Assembly (NCBI GenBank): GCA_963777315.1
Contig: CAVZQC010000002.1
Coordinates: forward strand, 800,001 to 864,000
Direction: 5' to 3'
DNA length: 64,000 nucleotides
Origin: Vulcanimicrobiota bacterium
GTDB lineage: Bacteria; Vulcanimicrobiota; Vulcanimicrobiia; Vulcanimicrobiales; Vulcanimicrobiaceae
Under the pieces are notes generated by a model, which was not told the DNA's origin, did not search any database, and saw only the letters and a list, made by a program, of their open reading frames with translations. Each line of letters begins with the position of its first letter. The first letter of the stretch is position 1. Shown piece after piece: positions 42,777 through 51,782 of the stretch. A program made the translations under genes and the position numbers.

Positions 42777-43568
42777 CTACTGCGAGAACAATTGGCGCAA
42801 AAACGCCTGGTGGTTGAACGAACCGCCCGCGCCGAAGCGCACCACGACCAGTTGCTGCGAGGGCACGACGTACATTGCCTGACCGCCCGACCCACTGGCG
42901 TAGGCCAAATCCGCAGGCGCTCCGGCCGGCGCGAGCCACCAGCACAGGCCGTAGCGCGGATTGGCGGGCGAACCGCGAAAGCACTGCTCGAATCGACCGG
43001 CATTGCGGCACACGTACTTTCCAAAGCGCGCCCAATTCTCCGCCGTCAAGCTGGCTCCGGTGGGGAGCGGGTGCGCGCCGTCGGTCAGCGTTCGCCACGA
43101 AGCGATCTCGACGTGCTGCGGCTCGAGCACGCGCCGGCGTAAGAATTCGTGAGGCGTCAATCCGAGCGGCTCCAAACGCTGCGCGAACACGGCGCCGAAA
43201 ATCTGCAGCGGTATCCCGCCGTACGTGAATCGCGTGCCCGGTGCATCGCGCTGCTGTGCGCGCAGGGCTTTTTCGTACGTCGGGACTGCGGTCCCCAAAC
43301 CGCCGAAGGCAAGCCCTGCGGTCAGATCGAGCAATTGGCGCACCGTGGCGCCGTGCCAAACCGATTCGTCCAGCGACAGCAAACCCTCTGCTTGCGCCAA
43401 GACCGCGGCTATACCCCAAAAGCTCTTCGTTCCGCTATACAGCGCGTGCGGTTTGCCGGCTGCAAAGCCGTCTTCGCAGCGCTCGAAAACGACAGAGTCA
43501 ACCTGCTGCACGCGCAGGATTTGCGGCTTGTGCCGAGCGTGATACGCATAGGCCAGGTCGACGCGCAT
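42777..43568 (-). CDS. Serine hydrolase (beta-lactamase/PBP-like)
   Basis: SxxK motif SGTKS, TVRQLL..TAGL, PGTRFTY, YGLCWW, ASGSGGQ. Confidence 0.85.
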   Translation of the reverse strand: MRVDLAYAYHARHKPQILRVQQVDSVVFERCEDGFAAGKPHALYSGTKSFWGIAAVLAQAEGLLSLDESVWHGATVRQLLDLTAGLAFGGLGTAVPTYEKALRAQQRDAPGTRFTYGGIPLQIFGAVFAQRLEPLGLTPHEFLRRRVLEPQHVEIASWRTLTDGAHPLPTGASLTAENWARFGKYVCRNAGRFEQCFRGSPANPRYGLCWWLAPAGAPADLAYASGSGGQAMYVVPSQQLVVVRFGAGGSFNHQAFLRQLFSQ

Positions 43569-43623
43569 ACTTCCGGCCGCCTTCGGTGTAGGAGTCGTAT
43601 TCCTTTGGGGTATACGAGTTTCG

Positions 43624-44091
43624 ATGCGATGGGCGTTGTGGTGGTTCGCCGTCTTCGCGGCGTACGTTATCACTGTTTTAACCCAAAACGGCAGCGAAAT
43701 AATCGCAGGCGCCATCATCGCCGCCTTCGCACTCATCATCGTCGCGGTCGCGTTGCGCAACGGCGACCCGGGAGTGCGCGCGCGCTGGTCCTGGCTGCGC
43801 CATTTGGCGGGCGTGCCGGCGCGCATGATTACCGATGCGGTGCTCGTGGGCAAACGCATCGTGAGCACGCTGGTAGCGGGCGGCAATCTGGACGGCTACT
43901 TCATTCGTCTGCCGTACGACGTGGGCGAACGCGACGATCCCTGGACGATGGGACGTGAAGGCCTGGCGATTTTCGGAATCAGCGCCTCGCCCAATTCTCT
44001 GGTCACCGAAGTCGATTTGCGCGGCGAACTGGTGCTGCACAAGCTGGTCGCCGACGCACAGCCGCACGCCTCGCCGCAGTGGCCGCTGTGA
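43624..44091 (+). CDS. mrpE: Mrp antiporter subunit E-like
   Basis: Two N-terminal TMs, SASPNSLV...LVLH.L motif; first gene of the mrp cluster. Confidence 0.65.
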   Translation: MRWALWWFAVFAAYVITVLTQNGSEIIAGAIIAAFALIIVAVALRNGDPGVRARWSWLRHLAGVPARMITDAVLVGKRIVSTLVAGGNLDGYFIRLPYDVGERDDPWTMGREGLAIFGISASPNSLVTEVDLRGELVLHKLVADAQPHASPQWPL

Positions 44092-44354
44092 GCGTGAGTT
44101 CGTTCGACGGTTTACTGTTCGGTACGGAGCTGCTCTTCGTGCCGCTTGCGCTGGGGATTTACGTGGCACTGTCCGCAGACACCGTGCGCCGGCTCGTCGC
44201 CCTGCAATTTACCGGCGTCATCGGAGCGCTGATGTTCGTCCTGCTGTCGATTGCGTTCGCCAGTGAGTCGTTTGCCGAACTGGGCATTGCGGTAGCGATG
44301 CTGTCCATCGGCGGAGGCCTCGCCTACGCGCATTTCTTGGAGCGCTGGCTCTGA
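44088..44354 (+). CDS. mrpF: Mrp antiporter subunit F
   Basis: RRLVALQ, three TMs, C-terminal AYAHFLERWL. Confidence 0.8.
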   Translation: MSVSSFDGLLFGTELLFVPLALGIYVALSADTVRRLVALQFTGVIGALMFVLLSIAFASESFAELGIAVAMLSIGGGLAYAHFLERWL

Positions 44355-44641
44355 TGGCGCGTCAGGTTGCAACGGCGGTGGTGCTGCTGCTCGCGGCGCT
44401 CGTCGCCCTGATTTCGGTGTTGGGCATTCTGCGCAGCAAAAACAACTTCGCGGCGCTGCACTGCAGCGGAATGACCAACGTCCTGCTGCCGATCCTGTGC
44501 ATGATCGCCGTGCTGATCGAAATACCCGCCGGGCAGTCCACCGTGAAGATGGCCGTGGTCACCGTCGTGCTGCTGATGGGCGGCCCCATCACCTCGCACG
44601 CGATTGCCGTGGCCGAATACCGCCGTAAGCCGCGCAAATGA
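44354..44641 (+). CDS. mrpG: Mrp antiporter subunit G
   Basis: GILR..N.FAALH, PITSHAIA.A. Confidence 0.82.
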   Translation: MARQVATAVVLLLAALVALISVLGILRSKNNFAALHCSGMTNVLLPILCMIAVLIEIPAGQSTVKMAVVTVVLLMGGPITSHAIAVAEYRRKPRK

Positions 44642-44874
44642 GCCTGCTGGAAATCGTTCTGTACTTGGTGGTTGCGGTCGTCGGGGGAGCCGTCGTCTTC
44701 AGCAAACGGCCGGTAAACCAACTGTTCATCTATTCGTTGTACGGCGGCCTCATGGCGCTGTTGTTCTTTGCGCTGCACGCGCCCGACGTTGCCCTCTCGG
44801 AGCTGACGGTCGGAACCCTGGCGATTCCGCTCATGGTGCTCGTAGCGCTGATGAAAACGGCAGACCGCACGTGA
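44638..44874 (+). CDS. DUF4040 / MbhD-like Mrp subunit (stand-alone MrpA C-terminal segment)
   Basis: APDVALSELTVG motif. Confidence 0.82.
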   Translation: MSLLEIVLYLVVAVVGGAVVFSKRPVNQLFIYSLYGGLMALLFFALHAPDVALSELTVGTLAIPLMVLVALMKTADRT

Positions 44875-45623
44875 ATCCCAAGTTCAGGACGGCGTTCTTT
44901 GCGGTATTCGGCGCCATTGCTTTCGGCGCGCTGCTGTACGGAGTGACGGGTCTGCCGCGGTTCGGGTCGTTCAGCGGCGCGTACAGCGACTATTTACTGC
45001 AAGCCGCGCCCATCGAGCGCCATATCATGAACGTCGCCACGGCGGTCAACTTCGATTACCGCGGCTTTGACACGCTGGGCGAAGAGTTCATTTTTTTTAC
45101 GTCGGTTACCGGGGTGCTCTTCATGCTCGGCGCCTTGCACGCCAAGGCCGAGCAGCATAAAGAGCCGATGGAGCTGCCTGCAATGCGGGCGCAAACCGGA
45201 GCGATCCGGTGGTTCCCGATGGGACTCGCGGCGTTTCTGGTGGCGATGGCGATGAACGTCGCGGCGCACACGACCGTTACCCCGGGAGGCGGATTTCAAG
45301 GCGGCGCGGTCTTCGGCAGCGCCATAGCCTGCGTGTATCTGGGCGTGGGTTATGCGGCGTTCACCGCGGTCGCCAAACGTGAGGTGCTCAATTCGCTCAA
45401 GGCGTTCGGCGCGGCGTGCTACGCGTTCATCGGCATCGCCACCGCTTTTGCGGCCGGCGCATTTTTGAAAAATTCGTTGTACGTGGGGCAAAGCGGCGCG
45501 ATCGTTTCGGGCGGCACGGTGCAGCTGATCAACGCTGCGGTGTTCATCGAGATCGGCTGCGGCTTTACCGTGCTGCTGCTCGTGTTTTTGCATCAGATGC
45601 GCCACATCGAAGAGCCCGACTGA
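44871..45623 (+). CDS. mrpB: Mrp antiporter subunit B (MnhB domain)
   Basis: NVATAVNFDYRGFDTLGEE, H...TPGGGFQGG. Confidence 0.88.
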   Translation: MNPKFRTAFFAVFGAIAFGALLYGVTGLPRFGSFSGAYSDYLLQAAPIERHIMNVATAVNFDYRGFDTLGEEFIFFTSVTGVLFMLGALHAKAEQHKEPMELPAMRAQTGAIRWFPMGLAAFLVAMAMNVAAHTTVTPGGGFQGGAVFGSAIACVYLGVGYAAFTAVAKREVLNSLKAFGAACYAFIGIATAFAAGAFLKNSLYVGQSGAIVSGGTVQLINAAVFIEIGCGFTVLLLVFLHQMRHIEEPD

Positions 45624-45982
45624 TGAGCAACTGGACGCTGTACTTGCCGTACGCCGTCGCATTCTGGCTGTTCTTCATCGGGTGTTTCGGGATCGTGCAC
45701 AGCCGCAACCTGATTCACACGATCCTGTGCATCACGGTCGTACAGTCTTCGACGTACGTGCTGCTGCTCTCCATCGGCTTTCATGCCAAGGCCGGCGCGC
45801 CGATTTTCTCGCAGACCAATCCGCCGGGTTCGCCTTCGGTGGACCCGATCGTGCAGGCGCTCACGCTGACCGACATCGTCGTCGGAGCCACCGTTACGGC
45901 GCTGCTGCTGGCGCTGACCCTGCAAGTCTATCGCCGCCGCGGCACGATCGATCCGCGTAAACTGCGCCCAATGAGCGAATGA
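45623..45982 (+). CDS. mrpC: Mrp antiporter subunit C
   Basis: SRNLIH, DPIVQALTLTDIVVG. Confidence 0.88.
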   Translation: MSNWTLYLPYAVAFWLFFIGCFGIVHSRNLIHTILCITVVQSSTYVLLLSIGFHAKAGAPIFSQTNPPGSPSVDPIVQALTLTDIVVGATVTALLLALTLQVYRRRGTIDPRKLRPMSE

Positions 45983-47802
45983 ACGCCGCCGCAGTTTCGG
46001 TGCTGGCGCCGCTGTGCGTAGCGGTTCCCCTCGTGATGGCCGCGCTGTTGGTGCCGTTTTCCAAGCACATGCCGCGCACGCTTTCGTGCGCGCTGGCGTC
46101 GGTCACGTCGCTGGCGGTGCTGGGAATGGGCATCGTGCTGACGCTGTACACTGCGGCGAACGGGCCCATCGTGCACTGGATGGGCGGCTGGACGCCGCAT
46201 CACGCGCTGGCGATCGGCATCAGCTTTACGGTCGATCCAATCGGTGCGGGCCTTGCGAGCTTCATCGCGCTGCTGGTTTTTGCGGCAACGGTTTACACGT
46301 GGATGGGGTTCGACATCGTCGGCACGCTGTTTCACTCGCTCCTCATGGCGTTCTTGGCGTCGATGTGCGGCTACGCGCTAACCGGCGATCTGTTCAACAT
46401 GTTCGTCTGGTTCGAATTGATGACCGCCGCGGCGATAGCGCTGACTGCGCACAAAATCGAGGAAGCCGAATCGATCGAAGGCGCAATCAATCTTGCGGTG
46501 ACCAATACCATCGCCGGATTCATGGTGCTGCTCGGCATCGCGCTGCTGTACGGCCGCACCGACGCGCTCAATCTGGCGCAGCTCGGGCAAGTGGTCGCGC
46601 AGCGGCCGGCCGACGGCCTGATCGCGGTATCGTTCGGGCTGATCGTCGCCGGGTACTTCGTCAAAGGCGCCGTCGCGCCGTTCCATTTTTGGCTCGACGA
46701 CGCGCACGCGGTTGCGCCTACGCCGATCTGCGTGTTGTTTTCGGGCATCATGGTGCAGGTGGCGCTGTACGGCGTTGCGCGCATTTATTGGACGGTGTTT
46801 TCCGGAGCGCTGAGCGTTCACGCCCACGAAGTCAAAGCATTGTTCGTGGGCGTGGGTATCGCCACGGCGCTTATCGGAGCCGTCATGGCGTACGCGCAGC
46901 GTCACATAAAACGCCTGCTTGCGTTTTCGACCGTGAGCCACTCGGGCATGTTCGTCGCGGCGCTGGGGCTATTCAGCGCGGCCGGCGCTGCGGGCGCGGC
47001 GATGTTCATCCTCGCGCACGGTCTGATCAAAAGCGCGCTGTTCGTTTGCGCCGGCAATTACTTGAATCGCTTTCGTTCGCTCGATGAAGAAGAGCTCGGT
47101 GGGCGTGGGCGCGCCATGCCGGTCAACAGCGCAGTGTATTTGATCGGCGGCCTCGCGCTGGCGGCCATGCCGCCCTTTGCGATTTCGGCCGCCAAAGTGC
47201 TGTACGACGCGGCGATGAAGGATCGCGGCTTATTTGCGGTAGCGATGTTCATGGCGTTCGCGTCGGCCATCGACGCCGGCGCCGTGCTGCGCTCGGGCAT
47301 TCACATTACTTGGGGCATCGGCAAAGCGCAGCAAAGCGGCTTTTCGCCGCGCGAAGAAGAGACCGAGTGCGACGGCGAGCGTTTGGAGCGAACGCCGTGG
47401 CCTGCGCTCGCGCTTCCGATCGCGTTGATGGCGCTTGCGACTTGGGCCGGCATGAGCGGGGACCTGTGGCACGCGGTCAGCCGTGCCGCGCACGCTTTCG
47501 TCGACCGCGGATACTACGTCGCGTCGGTGCTGCACAACGTTCATTCCCCACTGCCTGCCGTCGCGCCGGACCACCGAACCGCTCAGGACGTCGCCATCAA
47601 TCTGAGCGTTACGGCGGCCGCCATTCTCGCTGCTTTCATCGGACTGTATCGCGGTCATCTGCCGCAGCTGCTTCGCCCGGTGTTGGGACCGCCGCTCAAG
47701 GGGCTGCGGGACCTGCACAGCGGCATTTTCACCGATTACGTGGCGTACATGGTCTTCGGAATTGCGGCGTACGCGGTGTGGCTGGTCGCGACGATTCGGT
47801 AA
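45979..47802 (+). CDS. mrpD: Mrp antiporter subunit D (proton-conducting, complex I subunit 5-like)
   Basis: TGDLFNMFVWFE, KGAVAPFHFWLDDAH..AP, IKRLLAFSTVSH, HGLIKSALF. Confidence 0.9.
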   Translation: MNAAAVSVLAPLCVAVPLVMAALLVPFSKHMPRTLSCALASVTSLAVLGMGIVLTLYTAANGPIVHWMGGWTPHHALAIGISFTVDPIGAGLASFIALLVFAATVYTWMGFDIVGTLFHSLLMAFLASMCGYALTGDLFNMFVWFELMTAAAIALTAHKIEEAESIEGAINLAVTNTIAGFMVLLGIALLYGRTDALNLAQLGQVVAQRPADGLIAVSFGLIVAGYFVKGAVAPFHFWLDDAHAVAPTPICVLFSGIMVQVALYGVARIYWTVFSGALSVHAHEVKALFVGVGIATALIGAVMAYAQRHIKRLLAFSTVSHSGMFVAALGLFSAAGAAGAAMFILAHGLIKSALFVCAGNYLNRFRSLDEEELGGRGRAMPVNSAVYLIGGLALAAMPPFAISAAKVLYDAAMKDRGLFAVAMFMAFASAIDAGAVLRSGIHITWGIGKAQQSGFSPREEETECDGERLERTPWPALALPIALMALATWAGMSGDLWHAVSRAAHAFVDRGYYVASVLHNVHSPLPAVAPDHRTAQDVAINLSVTAAAILAAFIGLYRGHLPQLLRPVLGPPLKGLRDLHSGIFTDYVAYMVFGIAAYAVWLVATIR

Positions 47803-47839
47803 AGGCGCACTTGCAAAAACGGGTATATGCTAGGCTACC

Positions 47840-48283
47840 GTGAGCCGAGCTTTCGTCAAAGACGACGACGGCGGCGATCCCGAAATCGTCCCGCCCCGTC
47901 CACAGCGGCATGATCCGTATTACGTTACGCCCGCCGGATACGACCAGCTCCAAGCGCGGCTGGCGCAAGCCCAAGCCGACGGTAACGCGCGCGAGGTGGA
48001 GAGCCTGCAAGAGCGCATGGAGGCGGCGATCGTCGTCGACGTTCGCGAGCAGCCCAAAGACGTCGTGAACTTCGGCGCAAGCGTTACCGTGGAACAGCCC
48101 GATCGCTCGCGCCAAACGTATCGCATCGTGGGAGAAGACGAAGCCGACCCGCTGCAAGGCACGATCAGCTGGCTTTCGCCGCTGGCGCAGGCGCTGTTGG
48201 AACACCGCGCCGGCGATCGCGTGGTGTGGGAACGCCCCGCCGGGAATCTCGCGCTGCGAATCGTTTCGATCGCTTACGCCTAA
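47840..48283 (+). CDS. Short GreA/GreB-family protein
   Basis: MSRAFVK, YVTP.G, VNFGASV, YRIVGEDEAD...G.ISWLSPLA.AL. Confidence 0.88.
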   Translation: MSRAFVKDDDGGDPEIVPPRPQRHDPYYVTPAGYDQLQARLAQAQADGNAREVESLQERMEAAIVVDVREQPKDVVNFGASVTVEQPDRSRQTYRIVGEDEADPLQGTISWLSPLAQALLEHRAGDRVVWERPAGNLALRIVSIAYA

Positions 48284-48286
48284 CGC

Positions 48287-48859
48287 ATGGGCGAGTTCAA
48301 CGCAGCGCAGGCGCTGCGCGAAATCGAGCAACGTAGCGAACAGATCGGTTCGGGCGAGAAAATCGTTCCCGTGATGACGGCGGTCATCGCGGTGCTCGCC
48401 GCACTGGCAACGCTGTTCACGCATCACGGTTCGATCTCGGGACTGGCCGAAAAGAACGAAGCGATCCTGTATCAATCCAAAGCTTCGGACCAATACAACT
48501 ATTACGAATCCAAGCGGATCAAAGTGCAGCTCGATCAGGCGCTCATCGACGCGGGCGTGGCCCGCAGCGGCACGGCAGGACGCGCATCGATGGACTCGCG
48601 CATGGTCCAGGAAAACTCGCAGGCGAAAAGCACGCTGCGAAAGGCGCAGCTGCTCGAGGCGCAGTCCGAAGAGCACATGGAGGGCGCCGAGCGGTACATG
48701 ACGTCGTACGAAAATTACCAAGTCGCCGCGACGCTGTTCGAAGTATCTATCGTCCTGGTTTCGATTACCGCGCTGATGCGCACCAAGGTGCTGCTGCTGG
48801 TGGGCGGCGGCGCCACGCTGGTCGGCTTGGGATTCTTTGCGGCCGGGGTTATCCGGTAG
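48287..48859 (+). CDS. DUF4337-like membrane protein
   Basis: TAVIAVLAAL, QSKASDQYNYYESKRIK, EVSIVLVSITAL. Confidence 0.8.
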   Translation: MGEFNAAQALREIEQRSEQIGSGEKIVPVMTAVIAVLAALATLFTHHGSISGLAEKNEAILYQSKASDQYNYYESKRIKVQLDQALIDAGVARSGTAGRASMDSRMVQENSQAKSTLRKAQLLEAQSEEHMEGAERYMTSYENYQVAATLFEVSIVLVSITALMRTKVLLLVGGGATLVGLGFFAAGVIR

Positions 48860-48939
48860 GGCCGCTGCGAGTACCCGGTTTTGAGTATATTGGGGTAGCA
48901 GCGCTCCCGCTAAAGTGAAATGCGAGGAGGATTACTCGC

Positions 48940-50787
48940 ATGAAAAGACTCGTTGCCGTAGCGGTCACCGCCGGCATTCTTACCGCTTCCTGTTCCGGCC
49001 ATGGGGGAACCTCGGCCACTCCGCCGCTTCTCGGCTCGCCGCAATCATCGTCAATGGCCGGTTCGCGCACGACGCGGACCGTTGCCATGGCTGCCGCTCC
49101 CTCAGGCTGGGCCAACACCGGTACGCAGGCGGTGAAACTCACCAACGCGGCCGACTTGGGCGCGCTGGTTGCCGCGCATTCGGTGACCGTGAGAGTCGGG
49201 TTGCAAATGCGCAACCAGAGCCAGCTACAATCGCTTGTCGCCTCGGGCCAGCAGATCGGTCAAGGCGCGTTCATGTCCACCTACGCGCCGACGAGCTCGC
49301 AGGTGACGCAGGTTACGTCATATCTGCAATCGCAGGGCCTGACCAACATTCAAACCGAGCCCAATAATCTGCTCGTGAGCGCTACGGGAACCGCAGCTCA
49401 AGTCGAAAAGGCGTTCGACACGAAGCTCGAGTCGTTTTCACAGAGCGGCGCGACGGTGTTTGCCAATACGTCGCCCGCGTACGTTCCGCAATCACTGGGC
49501 GGGACGGTACTTGCCGTTTTGGGTTTGAGCAACGCGCAGGCGATGAAGACCACTCCGCATACCAAGCACGGCGCGACTCCGACGCCCACGCCGCAGCCCA
49601 CTCCGACCGCAGCGCCGCCGTCGCCGTGCAGTCTGTACGGACTGGAGATCGTCGGATTTCCGACGGGGCCGGTTTCCGAACCGAGCACGCAGGCGGGATG
49701 CTTGCGCAACTACGGTCCGGCCGATTACTGGCGCGCGTACGACGCCGGCAGCGTTCCGGCCGCCACGAGCATCAACGTTGCGGTGATGGCCGAAGGCGCG
49801 GTCCAGCAGTCGATTAGCGATCTGCGCGTGAACGAACAGGCCGACGGCCTCGTGCCGGTGCCGGTAACCGTAAAGCAGGTCGGCATTGCTTCAACCGACA
49901 CCTCGGGCGATGACGAATGGACGCTCGACATGACCGCATCCAGCGGCATGGCGCGCGCCGTGAAAACGATCTACCTGTACGACGCGCCGTCGCTGACCGA
50001 TTCGGATATCGCGCTGATGTACAGCAAATGGGTGACCGACGATCTCGCCAAGATCGGCAACTCGTCGTTCGGAGGATGCGAGGCGTTCCCGTACGTGGAC
50101 GGCTCGATGCTGGTCGACGACGAACTCTTCCTCGAAGGCGCCGCGCAAGGGCAGACGATGTTCGCATCGTCCGGCGACACCGGATCGTTCTGCAGCGTCG
50201 GCACGCCCAACGGCGTACCCGCAGGCGTTCCGCTCGTGGAATATCCCGCCGCCTCACCTTATGTCGTCGCAGTCGGCGGCACGACGCTCGTAACGCAAAC
50301 CGACGGATCGTATCAGGGCGAAGCCGCCTGGTATTCCGGCGGGGGCGGCCTGAGCCAATTCGAGTACTCGCCGTATTGGGAAGCGCAGGCGCAGCCGGTT
50401 AGTCAGAACGGTGAGAGCTTCCGCGGAGTACCCGACATTTCGATGGACGGCGACTTGCAAACCGGCATGAACCTGTACCTGTCGGATCAAAGCGGATGGA
50501 CGATCATCGGCGGAACGAGTCTTGCTTCGCCGCTGGCTGCCGGCGCATACGCCCGGCTGCAGCAGACGCACGGAGGATCGCTCGGATTCGCAGCCCCGCT
50601 GTTCTACAAGAACTTCTCGTCGCACGCGGCGGGTGCTCGTCAGACGGGGCCGCCGCCCTGGCAACCCGACGGCGGATTCCACGACATCCTGGTCGGTGCG
50701 AACGGCACCTACACCGCCCTTCCCGGTTACGATTACACGACCGGATTGGGATCGATAGACGTGACCCTCCTCAACGCGCAGATCTAA
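48940..50787 (+). CDS. S53 (sedolisin/kumamolisin) peptidase, lipoprotein
   Basis: Lipobox LTASC, activation domain, EWTLD, ASSGD, GGTSLASP, GYDYTTGLGS. Confidence 0.92.
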   Translation: MKRLVAVAVTAGILTASCSGHGGTSATPPLLGSPQSSSMAGSRTTRTVAMAAAPSGWANTGTQAVKLTNAADLGALVAAHSVTVRVGLQMRNQSQLQSLVASGQQIGQGAFMSTYAPTSSQVTQVTSYLQSQGLTNIQTEPNNLLVSATGTAAQVEKAFDTKLESFSQSGATVFANTSPAYVPQSLGGTVLAVLGLSNAQAMKTTPHTKHGATPTPTPQPTPTAAPPSPCSLYGLEIVGFPTGPVSEPSTQAGCLRNYGPADYWRAYDAGSVPAATSINVAVMAEGAVQQSISDLRVNEQADGLVPVPVTVKQVGIASTDTSGDDEWTLDMTASSGMARAVKTIYLYDAPSLTDSDIALMYSKWVTDDLAKIGNSSFGGCEAFPYVDGSMLVDDELFLEGAAQGQTMFASSGDTGSFCSVGTPNGVPAGVPLVEYPAASPYVVAVGGTTLVTQTDGSYQGEAAWYSGGGGLSQFEYSPYWEAQAQPVSQNGESFRGVPDISMDGDLQTGMNLYLSDQSGWTIIGGTSLASPLAAGAYARLQQTHGGSLGFAAPLFYKNFSSHAAGARQTGPPPWQPDGGFHDILVGANGTYTALPGYDYTTGLGSIDVTLLNAQI

Positions 50788-50801
50788 TCACCCTGCGCGA
50801 G

Positions 50802-50838
50802 AAAAGGGCGGAGCGACGCAACGCGCTCCGCCTTTTTT
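50802..50838 (+). terminator. Rho-independent terminator
   Basis: GGCGGAGCG-loop-CGCTCCGCC followed by TTTTTT and preceded by AAAAG. Confidence 0.85.
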
Positions 50839-50916
50839 CTGCATGACGTTTGGCACGCATCGCGAAAACCGGTCGGCGCGTCGGCCCCGTCGCGCATACT
50901 TCAGGAGCGATGTACG

Positions 50917-51279
50917 ATGTCTGCAAACCGCGTTGCGTTTATCATGTATCCCGTCACGGATCTCCAGCGTGCCGTTGCGTTTTACGAAGAGACGCTGGGT
51001 TTCAAGAAAGCCGGCCTCGAATCGCCGGCGTGGGTGGAATTCGACATCGACGGCGCCACATTCGGCGTGGGCAATTTCGAGCAAGTCGGCACGCCGGGAA
51101 CGGCTCAATCCTTGGCAGTCGAGATACCAGAGCTTGCCGCGTATCGCAAAAAGCTTATGGAACGCGGCGTCCAGGTGACCGAACCGTACGATCTGCCGAT
51201 GTGCCGGATAGCGGTCGTCAGCGACCCCGACGGCAATCAGGTTTGGCTGCACGAGCGCAAGCCCGGCAGAACCGACTAA
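50917..51279 (+). CDS. VOC/glyoxalase family protein
   Basis: PVTDLQRAVAFYEETLG, SDPDGNQVWLHE; SD AGGAG. Confidence 0.9.
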   Translation: MSANRVAFIMYPVTDLQRAVAFYEETLGFKKAGLESPAWVEFDIDGATFGVGNFEQVGTPGTAQSLAVEIPELAAYRKKLMERGVQVTEPYDLPMCRIAVVSDPDGNQVWLHERKPGRTD

Positions 51280-51294
51280 CCGGGCCGTAGCGTC

Positions 51295-51545
51295 ATGCAG
51301 CGGCACATCATGTATTCGGCGATTCGGTCGACCTTCGTCGAATCAAACGTGAAGCACCAGCTGCAACGCCTTTCGCCGGCGCAAAGCCTTGCGAGCGGCA
51401 TAGCGGACGCATTGATCGCGTTTCTGCGCCCGCGCGAGCCGTTGCCGGTCGGCACGACGACGGCGCACTCATTGCCAAGGCGTACGATATGGGCGTGCGC
51501 GACGGCGCGCAGGGGTTCACGCCGTACTCGCCGGGCACGCTGTGA
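51295..51545 (+). pseudogene. Probable frameshifted gene remnant (patatin-like C-terminus?)
   Basis: ...IAFLRPREPLPVG in one frame continues HDDGALIAKAYDMGVRDGAQGFTPYSPGTL* in another; no N-terminal part. Confidence 0.3.
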
Positions 51546-51782
51546 GACTTGGGCGCCCGAGCGGTTTCCAAAAGCATCCGGTTGTAGCGACCGACTAGAG
51601 TGCGGGCCTAGGAGCCGGGTTGCGGGCGTGGCGCAACAGGGGAGCTGCGCTCGCCTCACAGAATGAGCCTTACGTCGGAAAATTTTGAAGGGCGAATGCT
51701 TTGCTATTACGCCGGGCTTCTCAAGCTATAACGGCCCACGGCGGCCGCCTCTTTACTGCAGCACGCACACCACGTCTATAGC

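Noticed and set aside
51276..51401. Small Cys-rich minus-strand ORF (MPLARLCAGERRCSWC...CRCM) as a RiPP precursor or Zn finger
   Set aside because: No clear SD, no modifying enzymes nearby, and it overlaps the plus-strand remnant.
51546..51782. Possible ncRNA (RNase P, tmRNA, SRP, 6S) in this intergenic gap
   Set aside because: No conserved motifs recognised; an Rfam scan would be needed.
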